A program made the position numbers and the translations under genes. A stretch of 64,000 bases of DNA, from the NCBI GenBank assembly GCA_964016885.1, contig OZ024752.1, positions 3,038,001 to 3,102,000 on the forward strand, given 5' to 3'. Each line of letters starts with the position of its first letter. Positions within the stretch are counted from its first letter, which is position 1. The notes below the pieces were generated by a model, which made no database searches, was not told the origin of the DNA, and saw nothing but the letters and a program-made list of their open reading frames with translations. Below are positions 11,986 through 26,509 of the stretch, piece after piece. The DNA comes from Eledone cirrhosa. Taxonomy: Eukaryota.

Positions 11986-13091
11986 AATCATTTCGTGTTA
12001 CCACTTCTAGGACAGGTGTCAACCAAGACTAGAGGGGTCGTCCTCTCCTAGAGACACAGCTATTCCCCGCCGGCCGCCATCCCGATATTTCTTGGTCACG
12101 GGGTTTTCTTTTTTGTTGTTTTTTTTAATTGTTATTATCATGAGTGGTTCCTTAATGTGAGCATTGCGTGGCTTAAGAATGACATTATTATTAATAATAT
12201 AATATACTTTTTGTTGATGTTGCCTGTTATTGTTGTTGGTTATGTCGGTGGGGGTTCTGTGGCTTTTTCTATTGTTGGTGGGGAAGGAGAGAGCCAGCAG
12301 TGCCATAGTTGTTGACGTTTGACCAGGTTACTAAGTCAGTCTATGTATATCTTTTGCTAGGCTATCCTTGTCTAGTGATACCGCCACCTTCCCCTTTCTT
12401 AAGTTAACAGAAGGTAATGGGGGAATAGTGGTGGTAGCAATGAAGGAGTGGTGGCGGTGGTGATGGGATAGTGGTAGCAATGATGGAGTGGTGGCGGAGG
12501 TGACTATAGTGATGGCGTTGTCGTTACTGAGTTTTGTTGAATAGACTGTAGTAGTATGCGTTTGTTTATCTGTGTATCTATGCGGTTTGTCGCGTATATT
12601 TAATATATGTGTTGACATATTCCCTTAATATTTGATTTAAACATTTTGAGAAAACTAGAGATACAATAATAGTAATTATTATTATTATGCTGGAATTGGT
12701 GGTGGTGGTGGTGAAATTGCCGTTATCTGGCTGTTGTATTTAGTCTACACAGAGGGGTGAGGGGTGATAAGATAGGTGATGTATCTAGTTTGTGGGTTGG
12801 TGAAATTGCTGTTATTTGGCTGTTCTATATAGTATAGAGAGAGGGGGTTTTATTCCATTTATAACCATTTTCTTTTTTGAATATAACATTTATAATACAC
12901 AATTGAATATTTGAGCGATATAGCAGGATATTATGGATCCAAATTTCCTCAGAGCTGAGTCTGGCGCTTTATGTCTCATTTGTACTAAGAATTGTTATAT
13001 CACAATTGTTTTAAATATGTTAAAAATCAAAAACTTACGGGAGCGATTCAATAACATTCTATCCACCACGTGCGTCTACTTCCCTTCCGTA

Positions 13092-13156
<65 letters not shown>

Positions 13157-13157
<1 letters not shown>

Positions 13158-13630
13158 TCTCTATCGTGTCGTTTCACCTGCCCGGCGAATGGGTACCTCC
13201 TAGGTCTTATAATTTTAGAAAGGTGAAGGTATGAGCCATAAAGATATGTAATTGCTACTTGTGTTCTCAAGCCTATGTTCTGGTCTTTGCTAAGCATCCG
13301 AGTGAATGTGCAACTAATCGACTTTGTGAGTGTTTTTATCAGTTCCCATGACTTACATCCATACAGGAGAATGGATTCAAATGTTGCTTTAAATAACCTC
13401 TGGTGGCTTTCTTCATCGTAGACAGACACTTATGAGAGAAATGTTAGAGCACTTTACAAGCCGTGCATACTATGGTATACCCCTTGTTTTCTATATCCAT
13501 CAAACTGCCAAGATAGAATATGTCATCAACTTGCTGAATGGCCGAGCCTTCAAGCGCATGCATTTCTTTATTTGATGTTTCGTTGCGATGCACGAGATTT
13601 GTTTGCCAATTTTGAGGGCGTGTCTAATGG
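13157..13630 (-). mobile_element. RTE-clade LINE 3' fragment ending in (TAA)n
   Basis: RLFKATFESILLYGCKSWELIKTLTKSISCTFTRML; (TTA)n at ~13097-13156. Confidence 0.8.
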
Positions 13631-14099
13631 ATGGGGTTGCTGTCTCCCTCCTACTTGTAGCACAAGCCCAAACACTTTGCAGGTGTTTTCCCGGAGAGCT
13701 CTGTCTTCCGTGTAAACGTTTTTATGTAGAAATTACTCCGGCTACCGGGTGCTTCGTCCACGTATCAGCTTTATTATGTCTGATGTTACAATGGCATCTC
13801 GCAGTGCATAATCAATGCAAATCACACGAATGAAAGGTGTCACCATGTATGATGTATTCGGATGCTACCATGCAAATAAAAACTTCCATTCCTATAGCTT
13901 CAAATTATACAAATTGCATAGAATGATTATACAAAATGTAATGTGAAGCAAAACCTATTTTTGCGTGATCGGGGAAAGGAAAATATAGATATTTTTAGGA
14001 ACACTTATTCATTTAAAATTGCTAGTAGATTACACACACACACACACACACACACCTTATTTTAGACAATCAAAATCGGTGGGACCCCACATCAATACT

Positions 14100-14560
14100 G
14101 CAGGCCATTTACTTATGGTTTCATATGCAGCCGAAGATGGACGTTGTGATTTCACCTCCGAGGCATTCCAGCAGTCACCCATGCATACCATTCTCCACTC
14201 TCCACGCCACGGATATTTTCCAAAGGAAAGGAAAAAGGAAAATGGCGCTACAGCTTGGTACTGGTGACGTCGCAACTCATTTCTACAGCTGGAGCAAAGT
14301 GAAATAAAGACTCTTTTTCAAGAACACAACGCACAGCCCGGTCTGAGAATCGAACTCACAAACTCACTATTGTAAACCTGACGCTCTAACCACTAAGCAT
14401 TTCCTTTACTAGTGAAGGCACATGGTTTAGTGGTTAGAGCGTATACATGGGCGACTGCTGGTCTTCCACAATCAACCTAGCCCGGAGTTGTGCCGCGGAG
14501 GGGCCCTTTCTATGTGCAAATCCCATAGTGATTCGAGACCGAAGGGGGTCTTTACCTTTA
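14100..14560. mobile_element. Head-to-head pair of tRNA-derived SINEs (second family)
   Basis: The minus copy has A-box TTAGTGGTTAGAGCG and B-box GAGTTCGATTCTC (~14343-14400). The plus copy starts GAAGGCACATGGTTTAGTGGTTAGAGCGT (~14414) and is internally deleted. Confidence 0.7.
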
Positions 14561-15034
14561 TCTACTTAGAGATTTGACAACAACTTAGAGATCCTGTTCT
14601 TCCTATTTCGATCAAAGTAGATAGCAAATGTGCAAGTGTCTCATTGAAAATCCTCTGTGGTTTAAGATAATTATGTACATTTAGTAGAATCAACTAAGTT
14701 CTAAAACATCGGAATACATTTCCAGTATGAAGGTAACGCATGGGTCAAGGTGTAATTCTCTCTCCTACAATTATTTTAGTCGACCGTTCTAAAAGATCAC
14801 CAATAATGCCGGATTTCTGTGACTAAAGCATAAAGTATTTTACTCCACTAGTTAGCATGTTATATTTCTAATCAAGTCATGTTTCTTTGTTTGATTTTAG
14901 GTTCCACTCCCCCTTCATGATTGGGCGGATTCCAATTGAAGGGTAATCAACTATATAAACAATTGTTCAACAGAAGCTATCCCTTTTTTAATGTGTAAAA
15001 TTACAATATCTATCTATCTATCTATAATATATAT

Positions 15035-15095
<61 letters not shown>

Positions 15096-15099
15096 AATG

Positions 15100-15326
15100 A
15101 AGTAATTCCGTCAGAAAAGTCCAGGAAAAAAGAGTGCTCTATGTAGGTAACAGAGCTTATTAGTTATGTAATAAACAACATAAGGCAATTATGCCATTTA
15201 CCAGTGGTTTCTTAAAAGCAAAAGATTTTGCTTTCAATCCTCAGAATGCTGAGGATTGAAAGCAAAATCTTTTGCTTTTAAGAAACCACTGGTAAGTTGA
15301 ATAATTGCCTTATGTTGTTTATTACA

Positions 15327-15332
<6 letters not shown>
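15100..15332. mobile_element. Fold-back double-hammerhead element, family B
   Basis: Near-perfect palindrome at 15161-15332. The minus-strand motif at 15195-15248 is CATT-CTGAGGA-TTGAAAGCAAAA/TTTTGCTTTTAA-GAAA-CCACTGG-TA-AATG, with a mirrored core on plus at 15249-15294. The tail AGAGTGCTCTATGTA is shared with ~34772. Confidence 0.8.
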
Positions 15333-15419
<87 letters not shown>

Positions 15420-15943
15420 ATATTATATATTATAATATATTATATATTAATATTTGTGCGTGCGTCCGTGTTTATGATCATTACGTGATATATCCAACCA
15501 ATTATAATTAACGATATATATATATATAAAAAGTAGCGAAGCAAGCGGTTATTAAACAATTTCCTAAATAAATTAAAAAAACGATTTAAATAATCACCTG
15601 TTCCATTGCTGTTACCGACGGTTTCAGCATTCCAAAAGATTGGAAATCCAGAGAATTTCCAATGGAAAGAAATGAATCTTCAGACAGCCTATTTCCACGC
15701 CATAAGGTTGCAAGCCCCATAGCAAGTAAATATTTTGCTCCCTGCTCAACGCATGCGGTCAAGCCGTTAAAATGACACACACGCAAAATCAGGTCGCTGA
15801 TAATAGCTGTATATTATAAACATGTTGATATTGCCACTAAAATTAGCAGCATTATTCAACGTTTTGTTCTCTACATGAGGAGAAAAATTATAGAAGTGGA
15901 TGAATACCTCAACAGGCACAATGTACTTGTAGAAATATTCAAG

Positions 15944-15984
<41 letters not shown>

Positions 15985-18900
15985 CTGTGTGTGTGTGTGT
16001 GGTGCGCTGTGTTTGTGTTTGTATGTGTCTATGTGTGCCTCATGTGTGTGTTCGTATAAACGCACACACATGCGCACACGTCCGAAATCGCCCAATAAAC
16101 ATTATAGAAATAAATCAGCAAAATTTTACATTAACATAATGACCTTTTTTAAAAGTTGCATTCCTATTTTCAATGACATTTCAAGCTAAATGATCTAATT
16201 TGCATACAAAAAAAAAATAGTTTTCATTCTAAAAGTCAAAACACCCATTTTGCTAAGTCAATCAATCATTTGAATGCGAAGTCATTAGTAGCTTGAATTT
16301 AATTAATTACGTCCTATAATTACTTTGCTCGACTGTTAAGTATTGCTTGCACAACTGAATATAAAATAATTACAAAAACGAAAAATGTCTAGAAAATATC
16401 ATGGTAAACAAATATGATGGAAATATTTTGTTGGTCTCTATGTTCGTAAGTTCTATAAATCTTTCTGGCTAATATTCATTGCCATTTAAACGAACTTTCT
16501 ACCACTCAAGGCAAGAATACATAATCTAGGATGTCATGCATCTTGCTAGAAATAACTCAGAAATCCCTAACATATATATTTTCTCGATGAATATTGGCTA
16601 TGAATATATGCTTCTCTGTATCGAATAACACTATATGTTTATTCTTGAAATCAGAATTGTGCGTTAACTTAATTCAAAATAAATGGCACCTTATTTCTGT
16701 TATAAACTATATGTAGGGGAGAAAGCACTCTATGTTATGCCATACATGATTGACAAATTTCAACTTTATGCGCGTATTGCTTTCGTTCATGAGTGTGCTA
16801 AGTGTGGTTCAATTCAACTAACCACACCAAATCACATTCTCTCCACTCTAGAGTTCTGCTGCTCTAATATCATTCTTTTTCTTGTGTTTTATTGGCTGAA
16901 TACGTACACATGCAAACACTCAACTGTTTCATCAGGCACACAATTCTAGCTCTGTAAAACGTGAAATAAATTACATTTCTTCTCTACTTTTAGTATGTTA
17001 TATATATGAGCTCACCATTTGGATCTTTATGAACAACTATTCAATGTATATAATCGTGACATTATCTGTTCTATGCATAGAATGCATAGAAAGTGACAGG
17101 TTTTTCATGCTTGTGTATGAAATAAACTATTTGCATAACATTGAATATTCCCCTCAATCTTATATATTTTCTCTTTGACAAAAAACCCCGTTGACCTTTA
17201 ATTTATTTCAACTGAATATTAACCTTATTTATAATATCAAAATATTTATGATAATGTGGAAAGGCAATGGGCACGTTTATCAAATATGAAGTAAATGAAA
17301 ATACCTTTCTCCACAAAAGTACACCTCGTGTAGGGTAGCAGCAATACCTTTCAATTTTCCATTAACAATCGCAAATGTACTCGGATTCATTCTACCTTAC
17401 AATTGTGATTAGGATATGTATTCACTCTATAAACATGACAATAAGAATTTAACGTCTATACATTTATTATCATTAATCTATAGATATATTCATTGTTGAC
17501 ATTTAGAAAATATATATACATTACTTTATGAACAGACGTAAATATATATATATATATGTATAAATATATACATATATATATATATAGCGCGCGCGAGAGA
17601 GAGATAGATAGATAGATAGAGAGAGCGAGAGAGAGAGAAAGAGAGCTTTAAATAAGTCGATGTCAGTTTTGCAGAATATGTAAAGAAATTATTTGCATAT
17701 TGCAATTGTTTCGATATCGAACAGCTCTTAAAACGGTGCGACGCTTGTAACTGGTGTAACAGACATAACACACACACATATATATATATATATATATGGC
17801 AGATCAAATACAGTTAGGTTAAATATATCATTTCACATTTCACATGGTTTTGCTTGAAGTTGAGAGCGGCACACGTTTGTTTGCTATGGTTTGTATTTCA
17901 AGGAAACTGTAGCAAGCAATGATGGGAACATCAAAATATGACGTACAGTAGTGTAAAATAATATTTGGAATCAGAACGTCTAGCAATTTTCGGCATATGT
18001 GTATATGACACACAAAAATAGGATCGAATGTGAGACTTGTTAGTTGCAAGACTCCATCTCCCTCAAGATCTAAACACAAATAAAAGCTTCCAGAGAAGGA
18101 AAGAGAAGGAGATACAAAGCATGACCGTAACAGCGAGATAAAGAATGTAAATGGAATAAATATAGAGAAGAAAGGTTGAGGCCTCTACGAGACTGGTAGG
18201 GCTTTATGAAAACCGAAATGTAATGTCATTTTCAACTCAGTGGAGAATATCGTATGATAATACTAAATATATATATTGAGAGTTTGCTCAATCTTGCATT
18301 TGGGACCACCAGAAACGTGTCTCTTGGACCAAAGTTAATGTTAAAAACGATATAGTTTACAATTACTTACGGCGTATCATTTTATTTCAGTTTTTGTAAC
18401 TGGTACAGCAACAGCACATTACAGTTTTTATGACATGTCTACCGACAATTACGTTCAGATATTTATGTGAGGTTACACTTATAATATGTAACGTCGTTTT
18501 ATTGAAGACTTAACAAAAGATCAAGTAAATGAACAGAATATTTCAATATTTTATGAACAGAAGTTAATAATACAGTGATATATGTATATACATTTATACG
18601 TATAAGAATACACACATAAAGCTAGATAATTATTGTGTGATACAGTATAATATAAAATAATATAATATAGTGATATACATATAATTGTATTGCTATGTAT
18701 ATATATATGTATATATATTGAATAGCGTTCAGTGTTATATGAGCGTGTGTATTGATACCTGATTACACATATGTATATGTTAGACGGGAATATGAGTGTA
18801 TGTTAGATGTTCAGTAACACAACCAAATATGTTCAGCTGAACAACACAAGGAAACATACATAATCATACACATACATAGTTAAAAAGACGTATATATAAT

Positions 18901-19071
18901 ATTCACATAACATTACACATGCATACGCATCACCAAATATAATTAATGTTTATACGCGTACATAAATACAAACACACACAAACATAATCATTAATACATG
19001 CACAGGTTACACACATACATATATAGACGTCAAAATGTTGGCATTCTACTTATCTGGAGAATAAAACTCAC

Positions 19072-19380
19072 TGTCATATTGTATTTTGGAATTCAATTTT
19101 CAGAAGCAAAGAACTTCATGAATAATTGGGGATTTTATTTGACAGAATTCCCTGCATCAAGTAAATCGTGTATAGATCTCTATTGATTTATTAGAGATTA
19201 CATTACCAAATTATCTTGCAGAAATGCTATATTTCAATGGTATGGTAGATTCCCTGCATGAAGAACACAATGGCTCCCAATTCTTCAAATGATCCACGTT
19301 GACAAATGGAATTTCGTAGCGGTTGCAACGATACGATATTATTAAAGATGGAATTCGCATTTAAAGCATGTGATGTATGC
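19072..19380 (-). pseudogene. Possible decayed FN3-like exon
   Basis: ..ESTIPLKYSISAR*FGNVISNKSIEIYT.., with a GTGAGT donor at 19071 on the minus strand; very degraded. Confidence 0.25.
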
Positions 19381-21274
19381 TATTAAATGTCTTCAGAATA
19401 GATGCAATGAATTTATTTTAATTTCTTTTTTGAATGTTGTATTCTGTTGTATTGATCTATAATGATTTTCATGTATAGAATCTAGGCGAACGCACTGCAG
19501 CTTCATACTAGCAATGTTTAGGTAACTAAAAATTATATACCATTTTATTTTGATATTAATTCTTCAACATCTAAAAGAAATGATTCCCATTTATTATCTC
19601 TATGTTGCCACTATGTCTATATATTTATGGAATAAGTGAATGTGGTTTAAGCAAAGCTATAACACAATAATCTATTGTCATGTTTTATGTTCCTTCTAGA
19701 AAATTAGAATGCCAATTTATTAGTAGGTTTTGAAGATGACCCCGGAGAATGAAATGATATTGATCACATGTCAAGTTAGACAAATTGGCTAGTGTCAGGA
19801 TTTACAATTATTAAACATATATAAAACGAGTAAAAAAACCCCAATAAAGTGTGTTTCTTGATGATTTTTATCCACTCCGTTTAGAAAAGGAGTTATTAAT
19901 CGCCCCAAATGTGACCACTATTTTAAGAACTCACCTATATTTGATGCGATAATTAAACAATTATAGCTATATACATATTATTATATACATAAACACGTTA
20001 TATTCTCTACAGGTCAGACCTCAAAGAATGGTATAGCAAGAGTATCTGCGTTCTAATAAATGTCCTTTAAATGTTCTAAGATGGTAACATTTGAACCAAC
20101 TAGAATTTTCAGACAAAAGCCTGAAAATTCTAGTTGGTTTTACAAACATGTCACTTTTTTTTGTTTTTTTTTTATTAAAAATCAACTATGAGAATCTTCA
20201 CACTAATTTCGAAAGGTTAACAAGGCTAGCAACATTTATTTACACACTCAGCAATGAAACAGGGTATGCGAACTCAGTGAAGTTACGGAGGGGTTCTCCG
20301 CATGTATCTAAACCACAAAGCAATGTCCACAGAATATCCTATCGTAGACGTGTTTTCAACAATACCCTAATATTTCAGGGAAAACGGACTACACGTAGCA
20401 GTAATTAGGACAGAATACAGTTACTTAATTAATATTTAACCTCTGTTCTCTCATAAAAGTGCCACGCTATGTCACGACTCAAACATTTTAGTAATCGTAG
20501 TGTCATGCCGGTGTGAAAAACTTTACTTGGTTTGCCAAATTCACTTTATTTATATAAAGATTCAGTGCTTAAAAAGCCAGCAATTCATTTTCGGACATGG
20601 TTTGTTTGTATTACACTTAATTTAGATGTCCATTAATGCCGATGGAGGATGAAACCGAAAAGATCAGTGGCATGTTAAAGCAAATGGCTTAGGACAGATT
20701 TAGTTTCTGTAATATTAACATAGCATTACAGGAGTCAAAAAATCTTAAATTGATAATTATGACAATAGATATACAATATCATTGAGTATTCCTGTCACAC
20801 ATCAAGCTACGATGATTACATTATTAAATATGTGCTACTTATTGTAAGCTGAAATTGTGTATTAGGGGAGATGCGGTATGAAACTCCTCCAAACTTGGAA
20901 GATGGTTGTAACAAAGATATATAACTCGAACTCCAATGATCTGGTATCAAAACGGCTCAATTGATTACTGATAAAAGGCGACGGCTGAACAATTTTTTAG
21001 CTGAATATCCAGTGATTAAGCAAATTACAAGAGAAAAAAATGGTTTTAGTATTCATTTCATATGGTTTCTTACATAGTTCGATTTCTCTCGTTAGTATTC
21101 AAATTTCACATTATTTTTGTTCGTTTCTTATTGATTTTATGTTTTATATGTTTGATGAAATTAGGCAAACACGGACGCACATAATACGCAATATATATAT
21201 ATATATATATATGTATACATATATATTTATATACATATATGTATGTATGTACATATGCATATATAAATATATCC

Positions 21275-21354
<80 letters not shown>

Positions 21355-21366
21355 ATATACATATAT

Positions 21367-21404
<38 letters not shown>

Positions 21405-21405
21405 G

Positions 21406-21485
<80 letters not shown>

Positions 21486-21550
21486 CATATATATATATAC
21501 ATATATATATATACATATATATATATATACATATATATTCATATATATAT

Positions 21551-21616
<66 letters not shown>

Positions 21617-21713
21617 ATATACATACATATATATATATATATATACATACGTCCCAATGCTCTGATACCATCAACACTATAAACACAGAGCTGGCATATC
21701 TAAGAACTGACTA

Positions 21714-21769
21714 ACTGCATGATGAGGACATAGCCATTCAATGGCTATCATCGAAATATATATAGCAGT
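21714..21769 (+). ncRNA. Minimal type I hammerhead motif (C3>A) in a ~160-bp island within (TA)n
   Basis: ACTGC-ATGATGA-GGACATAGCCATTCAATGGCTATCATC-GAAA-TATATA-TA-GCAGT; same stem I and loop 3 as family A. Confidence 0.75.
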
Positions 21770-21836
21770 AAATAAAGGAGTTCATGCAATTGACTTATGT
21801 TTCGTCACTGTATATTTATATATATATATGTATATA

Positions 21837-21877
<41 letters not shown>

Positions 21878-21889
21878 TGTATATAAGTA

Positions 21890-21955
<66 letters not shown>

Positions 21956-22094
21956 TATGTATTTATATATATATATATATATGTATATGATATATGAATA
22001 CATATATATGTATATATTTATATATATATGAATATATATATATATATAAATATAAATCTGATATATGTATGCATACATATATATATATATATAT

Positions 22095-23174
22095 ATACAT
22101 TATGAAGAGAGAAGAAACATTTAGATATAATTGGTAATAAAATGTATCATACCTAAACTGCTCCTAAATTCCTCGACTACGTAGTTTCGTGGCATAAACA
22201 AAAACAATATATCAAAGATATAGAGTCCTTGCGAGGTCTGCCAACTTATCAAGAGGATACCTCATTTTACTAGTCTCAAGAACGCGTCTACACGACGTGA
22301 GAAAGAATCCCAAAAGGCGGAGGGGGAGATAGTCACGCGATATAACGGTCGAGAAACAGAGCTAAGCCTCCTATAACCACGAAGAAAATACCACGGAGGC
22401 GGAGGGGGTATTCATATCGAGGCCGTAGAAGAGGTAGTGAAGAAGGCGAGAAGTACGAGTAATGGAAGCTTTCCAGTTGTCCCCACACTTCAAAGATTGC
22501 TCGACCAGAGGGAGTTATTAATATATTTAGAAACACACAGATACTTGCGGACACACACATATATACATGAATGCATCCGCACCCAACTGCGAGTTAAGGG
22601 TGCCAACTTCACCGATGTTGCTCAATGAATGACTGGGACAGACCAATTCAGTTTGAACCAGACTGAACCAGTATCAGAGTTAAAAATACATTATGAAGAG
22701 AGAAGAAACATTTAGATATAATTGGTAATAAAATGTATCATACCTAAACTGCTCCTAAATTCCTCGACTACGTAGTTTCGTGGCATAAACAAAAACAATA
22801 TATCAAAGATATAGAGTCCTTGCGAGGTCTGCCAACTTATCAAGAGGATACCTCATTTTACTAGTCTCAAGAACGCGTCTACACGACGTGAGAAAGAATC
22901 CCAAAAGGCGGAGGGGGAGATAGTCACGCGATATAACGGTCGAGAAACAGAGCTAAGCCTCCTATAACCACGAAGAAAATACCACGGAGGCGGAGGGGGT
23001 ATTCATATCGAGGCCGTAGAAGAGGTAGTGAAGAAGGCGAGAAGTACGAGTAATGGAAGCTTTCCAGTTGTCCCCACACTTCAAAGATTGCTCGACCAGA
23101 GGGAGTTATTAATATATTTAGAAACACACAGATACATGCGGACACACACATATATACATGAATGCATCCGCACC
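22095..23174 (-). repeat. 591-bp tandem repeat (1.8 units), each unit with a degenerate hammerhead (pLTR/retrozyme-like)
   Basis: ORFs 22333-22560 and 22924-23151 are near-identical and offset by 591. Minus-strand motif TCCTC-TTGATAA-GTTGGCA...TGCCAC-GAAA-CTACGTAG-TC-GAGGA at 22170-22257 and 22761-22848. Confidence 0.85.
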
Positions 23175-23348
23175 ATCGCCTAGAGGTGTATATTGATTCT
23201 ATGAGAATAGATTTTGTTTCACTGTTTTTTACGCTATTCCCAGTTTTGCAGGAGGATACAATAAACTAAACAGATAGGTAAAAATGTTGCCCACGCATAT
23301 GCTGCATACGAACGCACTTCGATTTAGTCTCTATCACTCTGTTTGGAC

Positions 23349-23391
<43 letters not shown>

Positions 23392-23420
23392 TATATATAT
23401 ATATATATATATATAGGTAT

Positions 23421-23844
23421 ATAAAATAAAATAATTAGATCATATATTTAAAATTTGGCTTCGTTTATTAAAGGTGTACTGCTATATATATTTCGGTGAC
23501 AGCCATCCTAGTCTGTGAACTCTTCAGGCAGTCCCAATTGGTGTGGTAGAGATGGGTACCCTTGTTATTGAAGTGTTTAACTCCGTTAACACTCCGATAT
23601 GTCCAGTTTTTGGTTGGGTTGTAATTCATCTGATGATTCCAGTTCCTCAGAAATAACAACCCAACCAGGAACTGGGCATTTCGGAGTATTGACGGAGTTA
23701 AACACTTCAACAACATTTGTACCAGTCTCTACCACACCAATTCTGACTGCCTGAAGACGTCACAGCCAAAGATGGCTGTCACCGAAATATATATATAACA
23801 GTAATAAACGAAGCCAAATTTTAAAATATTTGACTTCTTCATTT

Positions 23845-23848
<4 letters not shown>
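23421..23848. mobile_element. Fold-back double-hammerhead element, family A copy 2
   Basis: Imperfect palindrome of ~400 bp. Minus-strand motif at 23478-23532 is ACTGC-CTGAAGA-..-GAAA-TATATA-TA-GCAGT. Plus-strand motif at ~23746-23802 is ACTGC-CTGAAGA-CGTCACAGCCA/TGGCTGTCACC-GAAA-TATATATA-TA-ACAGT. Confidence 0.85.
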
Positions 23849-23901
<53 letters not shown>

Positions 23902-24357
23902 CATATATATATGTATATATATGTGATATTTACCGTTGTTGCTGCCATCTTATGCCTATCTTATACCTATAAACCAAAGCTGTTTATTTGGGCGTTAGAG
24001 AGCATTCATAAATACATGTAGACACATCCATATATATATAGTCGCGTTTATATACACAAAGACACACTTATACAGGTGTATATATCTATATGCCTAAGAA
24101 TTCAATCTCGCAATTAAGTAGTTTGGGCTCAGACATTCTGCACGTTAACTTATTTTATTACAGTTATAGTCCGATGAAGGCTCTGTCAGTGAAATATAGA
24201 CAGATACTGATCAAACTGGTGGATATATGTATATTTCGGTTTGCTACCATTAGATAGTATTAGTAATTGAAAAGACCAATGGAAACAGAGTTAAGAGAGT
24301 GTGGCCTTATATCTTGTTGATCGATTGATATATTATATTGTGCATATATATATATAA

Positions 24358-24392
<35 letters not shown>

Positions 24393-24430
24393 TATATGTA
24401 TTCATATATGTATGTACGTATACATACTTA

Positions 24431-24486
<56 letters not shown>

Positions 24487-24864
24487 TATATATATATATA
24501 TGGGGGTGTATGTGTGAGTATGAATGTATGATATGTGTGTGGGGTTGTATGTATGTGCGTTTTTCTGTGTATTCGTCTTTCCCTATTTGTGTATGCGACT
24601 GCAGTTGTATTCACAAAGCTAGCAGTTCGACAATCAGATGCCATTGAAATACGATCATTACGGAGGAGGACATAAGTTCCTATAATGTGATGTACCTTCA
24701 TCCTACCAATCTAATGACTGAAATATGAAAGAGATTTAATATTGAACATACACATACACACACAAACGATTTATACTAAGTGTTTAGTTCAACATTTCCA
24801 GTTCCCTATCCCTTTCTACCCCGATCACACACACAAATATATATATAAATATATATATATACCT

Positions 24865-24916
<52 letters not shown>

Positions 24917-24945
24917 ACATATATAGCTACATATATACATTTACC

Positions 24946-25042
<97 letters not shown>

Positions 25043-25135
25043 GTATTTATGTAGGTATATATGTAGGTATATATATATATATAGTGATAGAGACAGAAAC
25101 AGAAATTTAGTTATATATATATACATATATATGTA

Positions 25136-25171
<36 letters not shown>

Positions 25172-25186
25172 TGTGCGTGTGCATTC

Positions 25187-25322
<136 letters not shown>

Positions 25323-25680
25323 ATATGCATGTGAACACGTGTGTGTGAACATATGTGTTTGCGTGCATAGTTCTGTGTGTGTGAGTGCAATTATTTAGTC
25401 TATGTTCGTACATCTGAGTACATCATGTGCGAATAATCACTTGTTTGTGTAACTATAACGTTATATGACCAGAAAAACTATACATAAGCCTACCGGGAGG
25501 AAATATATTCCTTCCATTAGTGATTGAGTACAAAAATAAAGTGTGTGAGAATGTAACAGGTGGTTGCTGCTTGTACTTATCATATAGTGGTGTGAATGCA
25601 TCTATGTATATGCACACACACACACACACATACACACACTCATATACATATACACACATACATATATGTGTGAGTCCATA

Positions 25681-25790
<110 letters not shown>

Positions 25791-25851
25791 CACATACGTG
25801 TGTATATATACATATGTAAACACATACGTGTGTATATATACATATGTAAAA

Positions 25852-25941
<90 letters not shown>

Positions 25942-26509
25942 CGTTTCTGTCCCTCCCAAAGTATAACAATTTATATATATATATATATAAGTATATATTC
26001 TGAATTTACAATATTTTGATTAGTGAAACAGTCGGTAACGGCAATAGCACAGGTGAATATTTAAATCGTTTTGTAATGTATTTAAAGGCTTGTTTGATGA
26101 TTACTTGTTCCGCTAATTTTGATACCTCTGGTATCTCAAATTAGTACCATCGAACCACAATATTATAAACCCCATGCATATTTCTGTAGGTACTTAGTGC
26201 GTGTTGGAATATCCATACCCTTTTATAATTATTCTCCTATATGTAGAGAACAAAACGTTGTATCGCGCTGCTATTTTTAGCGGCATGATCAACAAGTTTA
26301 TAAAACCACGATATCAAAAGTAAACTCGACAAGTCCGACAGACACATATGTGTAGACATCAGTGCAGAGAGATAGGTGATCATTTAGGAAGATGCTTTGA
26401 TAGATTGGAAATATAGTTCTCTAGGTAGATATGTAGGTGAGCTGATAATTAGATAGATATAAATATATGTATGTATATTTGTATACACATAGGAATATAC
26501 TTACACGTA

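Noticed and set aside
23630-23656. CTGATGA..GAAA at the palindrome centre (and CTGATGAG at 29383) as extra hammerheads
   Set aside because: No stem II or stem I pairing.
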